Shown here one piece after another: positions 36,081-48,690 of a stretch of DNA of 64,000 nt; position 1 is the first letter of the stretch; every line of letters starts with the position of its first letter. Both the position numbers and the translations under genes were made by a program. The stretch covers positions 4,652,001 through 4,716,000 of the forward strand of contig CM075994.1 of assembly GCA_038087875.1 (NCBI GenBank), in the 5' to 3' direction. Source of the DNA: Malacoraja senta. Its lineage: Eukaryota. The notes under the pieces are model-generated. The model did not search any database. It was not told the origin of the DNA and was given only the letters and a program-made list of their open reading frames with translations.

Positions 36081-39000
36081 TTTAAACTAGAACGGTTGGG
36101 GGGAGGGACTCAAATAGAGAAAGCTAGTGGAAAATGTGGGAGGCAGGCGGCAGAGAAGGGAAGCACTCGGACCCCAAAATGTAGGGGAGAAGAAGAAAAA
36201 GATAATAAACAGAGAATAAGTGGTGGTGGGTTTCTTAAATGTGTATATTTTAATGCTAGGAGCATTGTAAAAAAGATGGATGAGTTTAGAGCCTGGATTG
36301 ACACCTGGAAGTATGATGTTGTGGCGATCAGTGAAACATGGTTGCAGGAGGGCTGTGATTGGCAAATAAATATTCCAGGATTTCGTTGCTTCAGGGGTGA
36401 TAGCATTGGAGGGGCAAGAGGTGGGGGTGTTGCATTGCTTGTCAAGGAAGATATTACAGCAGTGCTTTGGCAGGATAGATTAGAGGGCTCGTCTAGGGAG
36501 GCTATTTGGGTGGAACTGAGAAATGGGAAAGGTGTAGCAACACTTATAGGGGTGTATTATAGACCGCCAAATGGGGAGCGAGAATTGGAAGAGCAAATAT
36601 GTAAGGAGATAGCAGATATTAGTAGTAAGCACAAGGTAGTGATTGTGGGAGATTTCAATTTTCCACACATATACTGGGAAACACATTCTGTAAAGGGGCT
36701 GGATGGTTTGTAGTTTGTAAAATGTGTGCAAGATAGTTTTTTTGCAGCAATACATAGAGGTACCTACTAGAGAAGGGCAGTGCTGGACCTCCTGTTAGGA
36801 AATGAGACAGGGCAGGTGGCGGAGGTATGCGTCGGGGAACACTTCGGGTCCAGTGATCACAATACCATTAGTTTCAATATAATTATGGAGAGGGTCAGAA
36901 CTGGACCTAGGTTTGAGATTTTTGTTTGGAGAAAGGCTAACTTTGAGGAGATGCGAAAGGATTTAAAAGGAGTGAATTGGGACATGTTGTTTCATGGGAA
37001 GGATGTAGAAGAAAAATGGAGGACATTTAAGGGTGACATTTTAAGAGTACAGAATCTTTATGTCCCTGTTCGGTTGAAAGGAAATAGTAAAAAATGGAAG
37101 AGCCATGGTTTTCAAGGAAATTGGACACTTGGTTCGGAAAAAAGAGAGAGATCTACAATAATTATAGGCAGCATGGAGTAAATGAGGTGCTTGAGGAGTA
37201 TAAAGAATGTAAAAAGAATATTAAGAAAGAAATTAGAAAAGCTAAAAGAAGATATGAGGTTGCTTTGGCACGTAAGGTGAAAGTAAATCCAAAGGGTTTC
37301 TACAGCGATATTAATAGCAAAAGGATAACAAGGAATAAAATTGGTCCATTAGAGAGTCAGAGTGGACAGCTATCTGCAGAGCCAAAAGAGATGGGGGAGA
37401 TATTGAACAATTTATTTTCTTCGGTATTCACGAAGGAGAAGGATATGGAATTATGTGAGGTAAGGGAAACAAGCAGAGTAGCAATGGAAACTGTGAGATT
37501 CAAAGAAGAGGAGGTGCGGACACTTTTGAAAAATATGAAAACGGATAAGTCTCCAGGTCCTGACAGGATATTCCCTAGCACATTGAGGGAAGTTAGTGTA
37601 GAAATAGCAGGGGCTATGACAGAAATATTTCAAATGTCATTAGAAACGGGAATAGTGCCGGAGGATTGGCGTACTGCGCATGTTGTTCCGTTGTTTAAAA
37701 AGGGTTCGAAGAGTAAACCTAGCAATTATAGACCTGTTAGTTTGACGTCAGTGGTGGGCAAATTAATGGAAAGGATACTTAAAGATAATATATATAAGCA
37801 TCTGGATAAGCAGGGTCTGATTAGGATCAGTCAACATGGATTTGTGCCAGGAAGGTCATGCTTGACTAATCTTCTTGAATTTTTCGAAGAGGTTACTAGG
37901 GAAATTGATGAGGGTAAAGCAGTGGATGTTGTCTATATGGACTTCAGTAAGACCTTTGACAAGGTTCCTCATGGAAGGTTGGTTAAGAAGATTCAATTGT
38001 TGGGTATTAATGGTGGAGTAGCAAGATGGATTCAACAGTGGCGGAATGGGAGATGCCAGAGAGTAATGGTGGATGGCTGTTTGTCAGGTTGGAGGCCGGT
38101 GACAAGTGGGGTGCCCAGGGGTCTGTGTTGGGTCCATTGTTGTTTGTCATGTACATCAATGATCTGGATGATGGTGTGGAAAATTGGATTAGTAAGTATG
38201 CAGATGATACTAAGATAGGTGGTGTTGTGGATAATGAAGTAGATTTTCAAAGTCTATAAAGAGATTTAGGCCATTTGGAAGAGTGGGCTGAAAGATGGCA
38301 GATGGAGTTTAATGCTGACAAATGTGAGGTGCTACATTTCGGCAGGGCAAATCAAAATAGGACGTACACGGTAAATGGTAGCGAATTGAGGAACGCAGTT
38401 GAACAGAGGGATCTAGGAATAACTGTGCATAGTTCCCTGAAGGTGGAATCTCATGTAGATAGTGTGGTAAAGAAAGCTTTTGGTGTGCTGGCCTTTATAA
38501 ACCAGAGCATTGAATATAGTAGTTGGGATGTAATGTTTAAAATTGTACAAGGCATTGGTGCGGGCAATTCTGGAGTATGGAGTACAATTTTGGTCTCCTA
38601 ATTATAGGAAGGATGTCAACAAAATAGAGAGAGAGTACAGAGGAGATTTACTAGAATGTTGCCTGGGTTTCAGCAACTAAGTTACAGAGAAAGGTTGAAC
38701 ATGTTAGGCCTTTATTCTTTGGAGCGCAGAAGGTTAAGAGGGGACTTGATAGAGGTCTTTAAAATTATGAGCGGGTTAGACAGAGTGTACGTGGATAAGC
38801 TTTTCCCATTGAGAGTAGGGAAGATTCAAGCAAGGGGACATGACTTGAGAATTAAGGGACAGAATTTAGGGGGAACATTAGGGGGAACTTCTTTACTCAG
38901 AGAGTGGTAGCTGTGTGGAATGAGCTTCCAGTGGAAGTGGTGGAGGCAGGTTCGATGTTATCCTTTAAAAATAGATTGGATGGGTATATGGAAGGGAAAG

Positions 39001-39150
39001 GAATGGAGGGTTATGGTCTGAGTGCAGGTAGATGGGACTAGGGGGGAAGTATTTATTTTTAATTAAGACAATTTTTTTAAATGTTCGGCACGGACTTGAA
39101 GGGCCGAGATGGCCTGTTTCCGTGCTGTTATGGTTATATGGTTAGATGGT
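36081..39150 (+). mobile_element. CR1 LINE (subfamily A), ORF2 and 3' UTR
   Basis: Endonuclease (36030-36713); RT KSPGPD, NYRPVSLTS, QHGF, YADDTK (37094-38259); C-terminus to 38910; tail gttatggttatatggtt. Confidence 0.95.
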
Positions 39151-39152
39151 TC

Positions 39153-39283
<131 letters not shown>

Positions 39284-39651
39284 AGACAGAGAGAGATATT
39301 ACCAAAAGTAAGATCTTGTTTTGCTGTTTCATGATTTTGGAGAAAAAAACGCTGGTACTTACGGCTGTGATTTTTGGCCATCTTACTCAGAGTGCCCCTC
39401 CACTGCGCAGAACAAGAGGATTTTCCCCATCGATGAAAAATAAAAGAGTTATTCATGTTAAACAATGTCTCTTTGCTGCCCCTGCTGGTGGGAGGGAGGA
39501 GGGACTATAAAACCCGGAAGTGTTGTGTCTCACTCAGTCTCTGCCAGATGGAGGTAGCGAGAAGATTACTTCTCTCCGAGGTGTGAATAAACACTGAATA
39601 CATATCTACTCATCTATGAGTGCCCTTAATGTGGTTTGAAAATGAAAATGT

Positions 39652-40005
39652 GGTTGCTTTGAAATGCTGCACTGCAAATGGTTATTGGTGGTGGTAACTG
39701 CTTTGAAATGCTGAAAGCAAATGGTTGTTGGTGGTGGTAAATGCTTTGAAATGCTGCACTGCAGATTGTTATTGTTGGTGGTAAATGCTTTGAAATGCTC
39801 CACTGCAAATGGTGTTGGTGGTGGTAACTGCTTTGAAATGCTGCACTTGAAATGGTTCTTCGTGGTGGTAAGTGCTTTGAAATGCTGCACTGCAAATGAT
39901 TGTTGGTGGTGATAACTGCTTTGAAATGCTGCACTGCAAATGGTTGTTTGTGGTGGTAACTGCTTTGAAATGCTGCACTGGAAATGGATGTTGGTGGTGA
40001 TAACT
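39652..40005. repeat. About 44-bp minisatellite inside Helitron
   Basis: Unit tgctttgaaatgctgcactgcaaatggttgttggtggtggtaac, about 8 copies. Confidence 0.92.
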
Positions 40006-40382
40006 TGACAACTTCCTGTTTGGATTGTATATTTATTTCATATTATAACGCCACGACTTACGGCTGTGAATTTTGGCCATCTTACTCAGCCCCGAGCGCT
40101 CAACAGGTGCAGAGGATTCTTCCCATCAATGAAAAATGAAAGTGTTATCAGTGTTTAAAAACATGTTGACAATCTCTCTCCTGTCAATCACGTAACGAAA
40201 GCCACGCCCCTTCCGTGGGAGGGGGAGGATTATAAAACCCGGAAATGTGGGTGTTGCATAGTCTCTGCAAGATGGAGGAGTGAGTAGTCACGACTCTGTC
40301 TGAGCTGTGAATCAACTGAACACACCGAATGTCTACAACTGTGAGTGTGGTGTTTATGTGATGTGTGGTTTTATGGATGTTT

Positions 40383-41225
40383 CACCCAGCTTGAAATGAT
40401 ATGAAATTGCATTTGAATGAGATGGCCTTGCACCCTGCATGAAATTGTATGAAACTGCATTTAAATTTGATGGCCTTTCACCCTGCTTGAAATGGTATGA
40501 AACTGCAATTCAATTTGGTTGTCTTCCACCCTGCTTGAAGTGGTATTAAACTGGAATTAAATTTGGTGGCCTTGCACCCTGATTGAAATGGCATTAAACA
40601 GCACTAGCATTTAGTGGCCTTGCACCCTGCTTGAAGTGGCATGAAACTGCAATAGACAATAGACAATAGGTCAATAGGTCGAATAGGCAATTCGGTCCTT
40701 CGTGCCAGCACCGCAATCAATGTGATCATGGCTGATAAACTCCAATCAGTACCCCGTTCCTGCCTTCTCTCCATATCCCCTGACTCCGCTATTTTAAAGA
40801 GCCCTATCTAGCTCTCTCATGAAAGCATCCAGAGTACCTGCCTCCACTGCCCTCTGAGGCAGAAAATTCCACAAACACACCACTCTCTGTGAGAAAAAAG
40901 TGTTTCCTCGTCTCCGTTCTAAATGGCTTACTCCATATTCTAAACCGCACTTGAGTTTCGTGTCCCTGCACCCTGTTTGAAGTGGTAGGAAACTGCACTT
41001 GAATTCGGTGGCCTTGCACCCTGCTTGAAGTGGTGGGAAACTGCACTTGAATTCGTTGGCCTTGCAACCTGCTTGTAGTGGTATGAAACTGCAATTGTAT
41101 TTGCTGGCCTTGCACCCTGGTTGAAGTGGTATGAAACTCATCTTGAAATTGGTGGCCTTGCACCCTGCTTGAAATGGTAGGCAACTGCAATTGAATTTGG
41201 TGGCCTTGCACAATGCTTGAAATGG
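40383..41225. repeat. About 46-bp minisatellite interrupted by a minus-strand CR1 3' end (about 40650-40943)
   Basis: Unit gcaccctgcttgaaatggtatgaaactgcaattgaatttggtggcctt on both sides of a caatagacaatag-tailed CR1 piece. Confidence 0.9.
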
Positions 41226-42073
41226 AATTTCAAGGATTAGCCGTGAGTCAACTACTCGCCCACCAGCCGTGAGTGAGCTGCCAGCACATCAGGATTGTGT
41301 AACAGAGCTGTCACCCCAAGAATTCATTTGGCCGACAATGTCCATGCAAGCCCTCTGGAAACCAGTCTCTTCAGCCCACATTACCCATACCAGCGCTCCA
41401 GAAAGTCACCCCCCACTGGCCACCAATATTGGAATTGGTGGAGAGGTGGAATATTGTGTTGAGGGTCCAGCCCTCCCATGTGAACATGGGACCCAACGGG
41501 TCCTACTTAGTCTAGTATATATAGTCAAAAGCGGTCAAGATCTTTTGAAGCAAGAGGGTCACGGCTCTCTGAGCTGCGAATAACACTGAACGTATTGGTT
41601 GTAAAGTGTTTGCAAATTTGTATCTCTTGACTTTAACAAAAGTTTTCTTGGCTTTTAAAATGGTTGGAACATTTTTCGGATGGATAAAGGGTGAATAAAC
41701 ATTTTATTCGATCAGGACTGTGTTTAATTGCAAAATTGGCGCTCATTCATTGACTTCTGCTTAGTGGGAAGATACCGCAGATTACGTCATTTGCCGTTAG
41801 CGGCAAGATGACGTTGAGTGCGCCATTTCCGGTTCGTGGCAAGATGGCGCTAACTGCAGAAGGCACAGAGTGAAGACGTCGTTGAATAATTCAAGAGAGA
41901 TGACTGCTCGGTCTATGGTGAGTGTTTTTGTTGGACGTTATTTAAAGCATGTTTTGCTTCAGCAGCAGCCTCTACAAAAGGCTTTAACCGTTTGAATCAT
42001 TCGGTTTACAAACCAGTATGTTTACCACGTTCTGAAGTTACTTGGTATTTTAGTATCGGTTGTGAGCGTGTGA

Positions 42074-42108
<35 letters not shown>

Positions 42109-42880
42109 TGTGTGTGTGTTTTCAGAAAATATATTGGTTGTAAAGTGTTTGCAAATTTGTTTCTCTTGGTTTAAAAAAAATGTTTTCAGAAAATGTGTTG
42201 GTTATAAAGTGTTTGTAAATTTGTTTATCTTGGCTTTAAAAACATGTTTTCAGAAAACGTATTGGTTATAAAGTATTTGCAAATTTGTTTGTCCTGACTT
42301 TTAAAATGGTTGCAACATTTTTCGGATGGATAAAGCGTGAATACAAATTTATTATATCAGGACTGTCTTTAATTGCAAAATTGGCGCTCATTCCGTGACT
42401 TCTGCTTAGTGGCAAGATGGCGCCATTGACGTAATTTCCGGTTAGCGGCAAGATGGCACTGAGTGCGTAATTTCCGGTTCGTGGCAAGGTGGCGCTAACT
42501 GAAAAAGGCACAGCGTAAAGACGTCGTTGAATAATTCAAGAGAACTGACTGCTCTGTCTATGGTTAGTGTTTGTTGGACGTTATTTAAAGCACGTTTTTG
42601 CTTCAGCAGCAGCAGCCTCTACAGGAGGCTTTAAACGTTTGATTCATTCGGTTTACACACTGTATGTTTACCATGTTCTGATGTCACTTGGCATTTTAGT
42701 ATTGGTTGTGTGTGAGTCTGTTTGTGAGTCTGTGTGAGTGAGTGAGTGTGTGTGAGTCTGTGTGTGTGTCTGTATGTGTGCGTGCGTGTGTGAGTGAGTC
42801 TGTGTGTGTCTGTGTCTGTGTGTGTGTCTGTGTGTGAGTCTGTGTGTAGGTGTCTGTGTGAGTGAGTTTATGTGTGTGTG

Positions 42881-45800
42881 AGCACATTTCAAAATTAATG
42901 TGCTTGAGGAAGCCGTTGATTGGTGGAAGCGGACTAGAGGAAGCAGCTGATTGGGAGTCAAATCCCTCCTGATTTCTTCCAGCACTTTATATTGTATCCT
43001 GGATAAGGGGGGAGTATGAGGGCCAGGGCAGTTTACTGTTCTGGATGACAGATGTGGGAAATCATGGAGTCTGATAGCCTTCCAGACGACCACATCTGAG
43101 CCAGGTTCGTCGAGATGGGGCTCCTAAGGGACCGTATTAGGAACCCGGAGCGGCATCTCGATGACCTCTGTCTGGTCAGGGAGAGTGAGGAGGTCATAGA
43201 GGGGAGTTAAAGCGTGGTGGTCACTCCTAGACCACGGGAGGCAGACAAGTGAGTCACGGGTTGGAAGGACAAGGGGCAGAGGCAGGGACTAGAGAGTACC
43301 CCGGTGGCTGTACACCTTGACAATAAGTGCTCCTGTTTGAGTATTGTTTGGGGTGACAGCCTACCTGGGGGTAGCGACAGCGGCCGGGCCTCCGGTACAG
43401 AGACCGGCCCTGTTTCTCAGAAGGGTAGGGAAAAGAAGAGGAGGGCGATAGTAATAGGTGACTCTATAGTTAGCGGGTCAGATAGGCGATTCTTTGTACG
43501 CTGCCAGGAGACCAAGATGGTAGTTTGCCTCGCTGGTGCCAGGGTCTGGGATGTGTCTGAATGTGTCCAAGATATCCTGAAATGGGATGGAGAGGAGATT
43601 GAGGTCGTGGTACATATAGGTACCAATAACATAGGTGGAAAAAGAGAAGAGGTCCTGAAAGGAGAATTTAGGGAGTTAGGAGGAGAATTAAGGGGAAGGG
43701 CCGCAAAGGTAACAATCGCAGGAGACTAGGAATGGAGCGAGGTGGAGGATCAATACGTGGCTGAAGGACTGGTGCATAGGGCAGGGATTAAAGTTTTGGA
43801 TTATTGGGACCTCTTTTGGGGAAGGTGTGACCTGTACAAAAAGGACGGGTTTCACTTTAACCCGTGGGGGGACCAATATCCTGGCGGGGAGATTTGCAAA
43901 GGCTACTGGGGAGACTTGAAACTAGAACGGTTGGGGGGAGGAACTCAAATAGAGAAAGCTAGTAGACAGTGTGTGAGGCAGGAGGTAGAGAAGGGAAGCA
44001 CTCAGACACAACATGTAGGGGTGAAAGAAGAAAAATATAATAAAGAGAGAATAAGAGGTGGTGGGTTTCTTAAATGTGTGAGCAGAGAGACAGATGGGTG
44101 TAAAATGAGGGTAGAAGCAATAGGTAGCAAGGTGAAAAGTAAAAGTGGCAGGCAGACAAATCTAGGGCAAAAATCAAAAAGGGACACTTTTCAACATAGT
44201 TGTATAAGGGGTAAGAGTGTTGTAAAAACAAGCCCGAAGGCGTTGTCTCTCAATGCAAGGAGCATTCGTAATAAGGTGGATGTGTTGAATGTGCAGATAC
44301 TTAATAATGAATATTATATGGTAGGGATCACGGAGATATGGCTCCAGGGTGACCAAGGCAGGGAGCTGGACATCCAGGGATATACAATATTCAGGAGGGA
44401 TATGCAGAAAGGAAAAGGAGGTGGGGTAACGTTGCTCGTTAGAGAGGAGATTAACGCAATAGAAAGGAAGGACATTAACTTGGAGGATGTGGAATCGAAA
44501 TGGGTAGAGCTGCGAAACACTAAGGGGCAGAAAACGCTAGTGGGAGTTGTGTACGGGCCACCTAACAGAAGTAGTGGAGTTGGGGATGGCATCAAACAGG
44601 AAATTAGAAATGCGTGCAACAAAGGTAAAACAGTTATAATGGGTGACTTCAATCTACATATAGATTGGGTGAATAAAATTGGCAGGGGTGCTGAGGAAGA
44701 GGATTTCTTGGATTGGATAGTTTTCTAAACCAACATGTCGAGGAACCAACGAGAGAGCAGGATATTCTAGACTGGGTATTGAGTAATGAGGAAGGGTTAG
44801 TTAGAAGTCTTGTTGTGCGTGGCCCCTTGGGCAAGACTGACCATAATTTGGTTGAGTTCTTCATTAGGATGGAGAGTGACATAATTAATTCAGAAACAAG
44901 GGTTCTGAATTTATAGAAAGGTAACTTTGAGGGTATGAGACGTGATTTGGCCAAGATAGACTGGCAATTGATTCTTAAAGGGTTGCCGGTGGATATGAAA
45001 TGGAAGGCATTTAAAAGACTGCAAGGATGAACAACAACAATTGTTCATCCCAGTTTGGCAAAATAATAAATCAGGGAAGGTAGTGCATCCGTGGATAACA
45101 AGGGAAATCGGTGATAGTATGAAAACAAAAGATGAAGCAGACAAATTAGCCAGAAAAAGCAACCTACCAGAGGACTGGGAGAAATTCAGAGTCCAGAAGA
45201 GGAGGACAACGGGTTAATTAGGAAAGATAAAATAGATTATGAAAGAAAACTGGCAGGAAACATAAAAACTGACTGCAAAAGTTTTTATAGATATGCGAAG
45301 AGAAAAAGATTAGTTGAAACAAATGTAGGTCCCTTGCAGTCAGAATCAGGTGATTTGATCATGGGGAACAAGGACATGGCAGACCAATTGAGAAAAACCA
45401 CTTTGGTTCTTTCTCCACTGAGGAAGGCATAAATAATCTGCCGGAAATAGCAGGGGACCGGGGTCAAATGAGATGGAGGAACTGTGAAATCCAGGTTAGC
45501 TGGGAAGTGGTTTGAGGTAAATTGAATGGATTAAAGGCCTATAAATCCCCAGGGCCATATAGGCTGCATCCCAGAGTACTTAAGGATGGAGCCCCAGAAA
45601 TAATGGATGCATTAGTTATAATTATTCAAAGCTTTAGATTCTGGTTTAGTTCCTGAGGATTGGAGGGTAGCTAATGTAACCCCACTTTTTAAAAAGGGAG
45701 GGAGAGAGAAAACGGGGAATTACAGACCAGTTAGTCTAACATCGGTAGTGGGGAAACTGCTAGATTCAGTTATTAAAGATGGGATAGCAGCACATTTGGA

Positions 45801-47600
45801 AAGTGGTGAAATCATTGGACAAAGTCAGCATGGATTTATGAAAGGTAAATCATGTCTCACGAATCTTATAGAATTTTTCGAGGATGTAACTAGTAGAGTG
45901 GATAAGGGAGAAACAGTGGATGTGTTATATCTGGACTTTCAGAAGGCTTTCGACAAGGACCCACATAAGAGATTAGTATGCAAAGTTAAAGCACACGGTA
46001 TTGGGGGTTCAGTATTAATGTGGATAGAGAACTGGCTGGCCGACAGGAAGCAAAGAGTAGGAGTAAAGGGGTCCCTCTCAGAATGGCAGGCAGTGACTGG
46101 TGGGGTACCGCAAGGCTCTGTGCTGGGACCCCAGCTATTTGCAATATATATTGTAGATTGATGATGCATGTTAACCAATCACATATAAATCATCTCAGAT
46201 ATGAGGGAGGTCAGTTGGTCTAGTTCAAACCAGTTAGAAAAGTAGTCGACTAGAACGAGGTAGTGCTTTCCGCACCAATCGAAAATGTCTGCCGCCAGCG
46301 ACGTCCAAGGCAGTGCTGGTGGAGGTTGTTGCAGAAGGGGCTGCCGCTGCTGATGAGGTGCTAGGTTGTGCACCATGGCATGGGTGCTCTTCTACACTTA
46401 ATCATGAAGGGGAAGGATGTAGATTGATGATGCATGTTAACAAATCACACATAAGCCAGCATCACTAACTCCACCCCTCTGTAACACTTATACAAACACT
46501 TGTTTCCGGAAATGCCAGTCTGAGCAGCTAGGATGTACTGACAACCAACCATCCTTTATGCTGTTAAGTTTCAGTGCTGATTAAGGATGAATTTAAATCA
46601 TGTACTGTGTCTGGTGCTTGTCTACATATATTAATGATTTGAACGAGGGAATTGAATGCAACATTTCCAAGTTTGCGGATGACACGAAGCTGGGGGCAGT
46701 GTTAGCTGTGCGGAGGATACTAGGAGGCTACACGGTGACTTGGATAAGTTGTGTGAGTGGGCATATGCATGGCAGATGCAGTATAATGTGGATAATTGTA
46801 AGATTATCCACTTTGGTGGCAAAAACAGGATAGTAGACTATTATCTGAATGGTGGCCGATTAGGAAAAGGGGAGATGTAACGAGACCTGGGCGTCATGGT
46901 ACACCAGTCATTGAAAGTAAGCATGGAGGTGCAGCAGGCAGTGAAGAATGCGAATGGTATGTTAGCATTCATAGCAACAGGATTTGAGTATAGGCGCAGG
47001 GACGTTCTACTATATTTGTACAGGGTCTTGGTGAGAACACACCTGGATTATTGTGTACAGTTTTGGTCTCCTAATCAGAGGAGAGACATTCTTGCCATAT
47101 AGGGAGTACAGAGACGGTTGACCAGACTTATTACTGGGACGTCAGGACTTTCATATAAAGAAAGACTGGATAGACTCGGCTTGTACTCGCAAGAATTTAG
47201 AAGATTGTGGGGGGATCTTATAGAAACGCACATAATTCTTAAGGGGTTGGACAGGCTAGATGCAGGAAGATTGATCCCGTTGATGGGGACGTCCAGAACA
47301 AGGGGTCACAGTTTAAGGATAAGGGGGGAATCTTTTAGGAACGAGATGAGAAAAACATTTTTCACACAGAAATTGATGAATCTCTGGAATTCTCTGCCAC
47401 AGAAGGTAGTTGAGGCCAGTTCGTTCGCTACATTTATGAGGAAGTTAGATGTGGCCCTTGTGGCTAAAGGGATCAGGGGGTTTGGAGAGAAGGCAGGTGC
47501 ATGATACTGAGTTGGATGATTAGCCATGATCATATTGAATGGCTGTGCAGGCTCGAAGGGCCGAATGGCCTACTCCTGCACCGATTTTCTATGTTTCTAT
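42881..47600 (+). mobile_element. Near full-length chimeric CR1 LINE (subfamily A 5' part joined to subfamily B ORF2)
   Basis: ORF1 SGNH IVIGDSIV..VVHIGTNN (43304-43729); endonuclease; RT SQHGFMKGKSCLTNL, VPQGSVLGP, KFADDTK; tail ttttctatgtttctatg at 47585-47601. Confidence 0.92.
46152..46626 (+). mobile_element. Miniature deleted LTR element with 5-bp TSD TATAT
   Basis: Termini TGTAGA..TCTACA; complete LTR 46418-46626 preceded by PPT gaaggggaagga; about 37 bp of the same LTR start at 46152; integrase fragment 46179-46376 on the minus strand; TSD at 46147-46151 and 46627-46631. Confidence 0.88.
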
Positions 47601-47779
47601 GCTTCCCCCTCCTGAACCCGCCCACATCCCCCGCTGGAGGACACCTCTCCCTCATCAGCCCACGAGAGCCCCCGCCTGAAGTCGTCCCCCTCCCTCGGCT
47701 GCAGGACGTTTTCCACCCCCACCCCACCCCGACAGCCCCGCCTCAAAAAATGTTTTGCACAAATTCTTCAGTGTCCAGA

Positions 47780-48209
47780 GGATTGCGAGTTACAACAAAA
47801 CAAAGGAATTCTTTAATTTGCCACAACCAATAAATGGAAGTATGCACCTTGATGGTGACAATCCAGATTTGCTGCAGGAATTGCAGTATGATAGAATTGA
47901 ACAACCGCAATTTGTTGACGAGAATGGGCCTCTGCTGAATGCTGTGCAGAGAGCAGTGTATGCACTCAATGCACAGGTGAAGATATACCCCTTCAGCAGA
48001 CCCAATTCCCCATTCAATCAAGTTTTGCTATGACGATCCATAAAGCACAAGGACAGACAATGCAGAAGGTGTTGATGTACCTCGACAAACCGGTATTTCA
48101 GCATGGAAATCTATGTGTGTCTCTTAGCCGAGGAAAGATGAAGGGAAATGTCACATTTTTTCATGGAACATAGACCAAGAATGTTGTCATTAAAAGCGTG
48201 CTTCGTTGA
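47780..48209 (+). pseudogene. Helitron RepHel helicase remnant (Pif1-like N-terminal piece joined to C-terminus)
   Basis: LLNAVQRAVY, then in another frame TQFPIQSSFAMTIHKAQGQTMQKVLMYLDKPVFQHGNLCVSLSR..TKNVVIKSVL*, matching Pif1/Helitron motifs QFP, FAMTINKSQGQ, VFxHGQLYVAxSR, TxNVV. The C-terminal frame is not in the ORF track. Confidence 0.9.
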
Positions 48210-48307
48210 ATGATGACTTCTGAGATAAATTCTCAGATTTTCTTTGTTAAAATTTGACTGCTCAATCGCTCTATATTTAAATAGTATTTTTTTTATCAAC
48301 AGGAGGG

Positions 48308-48690
48308 GTGACTGAATGAACTGCCACCACACCAGCCATGAGTGACTGCACTGCCAGCCCACCAGCACTGAGTAGGTGAACTGCCAGCCCACCAGTTATA
48401 AGTGACTGAACTGCCACCACACCAGCTGTGAGTGACTGTACTGCCAGCCCACCAGCCCTGAGTAAGTGAACTGCCAGCCCACCAGCTGTAAGAGACAACT
48501 GCTAGACCACCAGCCGCGAGTGACTGCACAGCCAGTCCACACGCCATGAGTAAGTGAACTGCCAGCTCACCTGCTGTAAGTGACTGAACTGTCAGCCCAG
48601 CAGCCGTGAGTGACTGCACTGCCAGCCCACCAGCCATGAGTAAGTGAACTTCCAGCCCACCAGCCATAACTCAATGAACTGCCAGCCCTA
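48308..48690. repeat. About 30-bp minisatellite in the Helitron 3' region
   Basis: Unit gtgactgcactgccagcccaccagccatga, about 12 copies. Confidence 0.92.

Larger units (their letters stand above)
39296..41515 (+). mobile_element. Non-autonomous Helitron
   Basis: 3' hairpin GGGACCC-AAC-GGGTCCT (41488-41504) then CTAG|T (41512-41515). 5' end tattaccaaaagt similar to the end at 51694. Confidence 0.8.
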
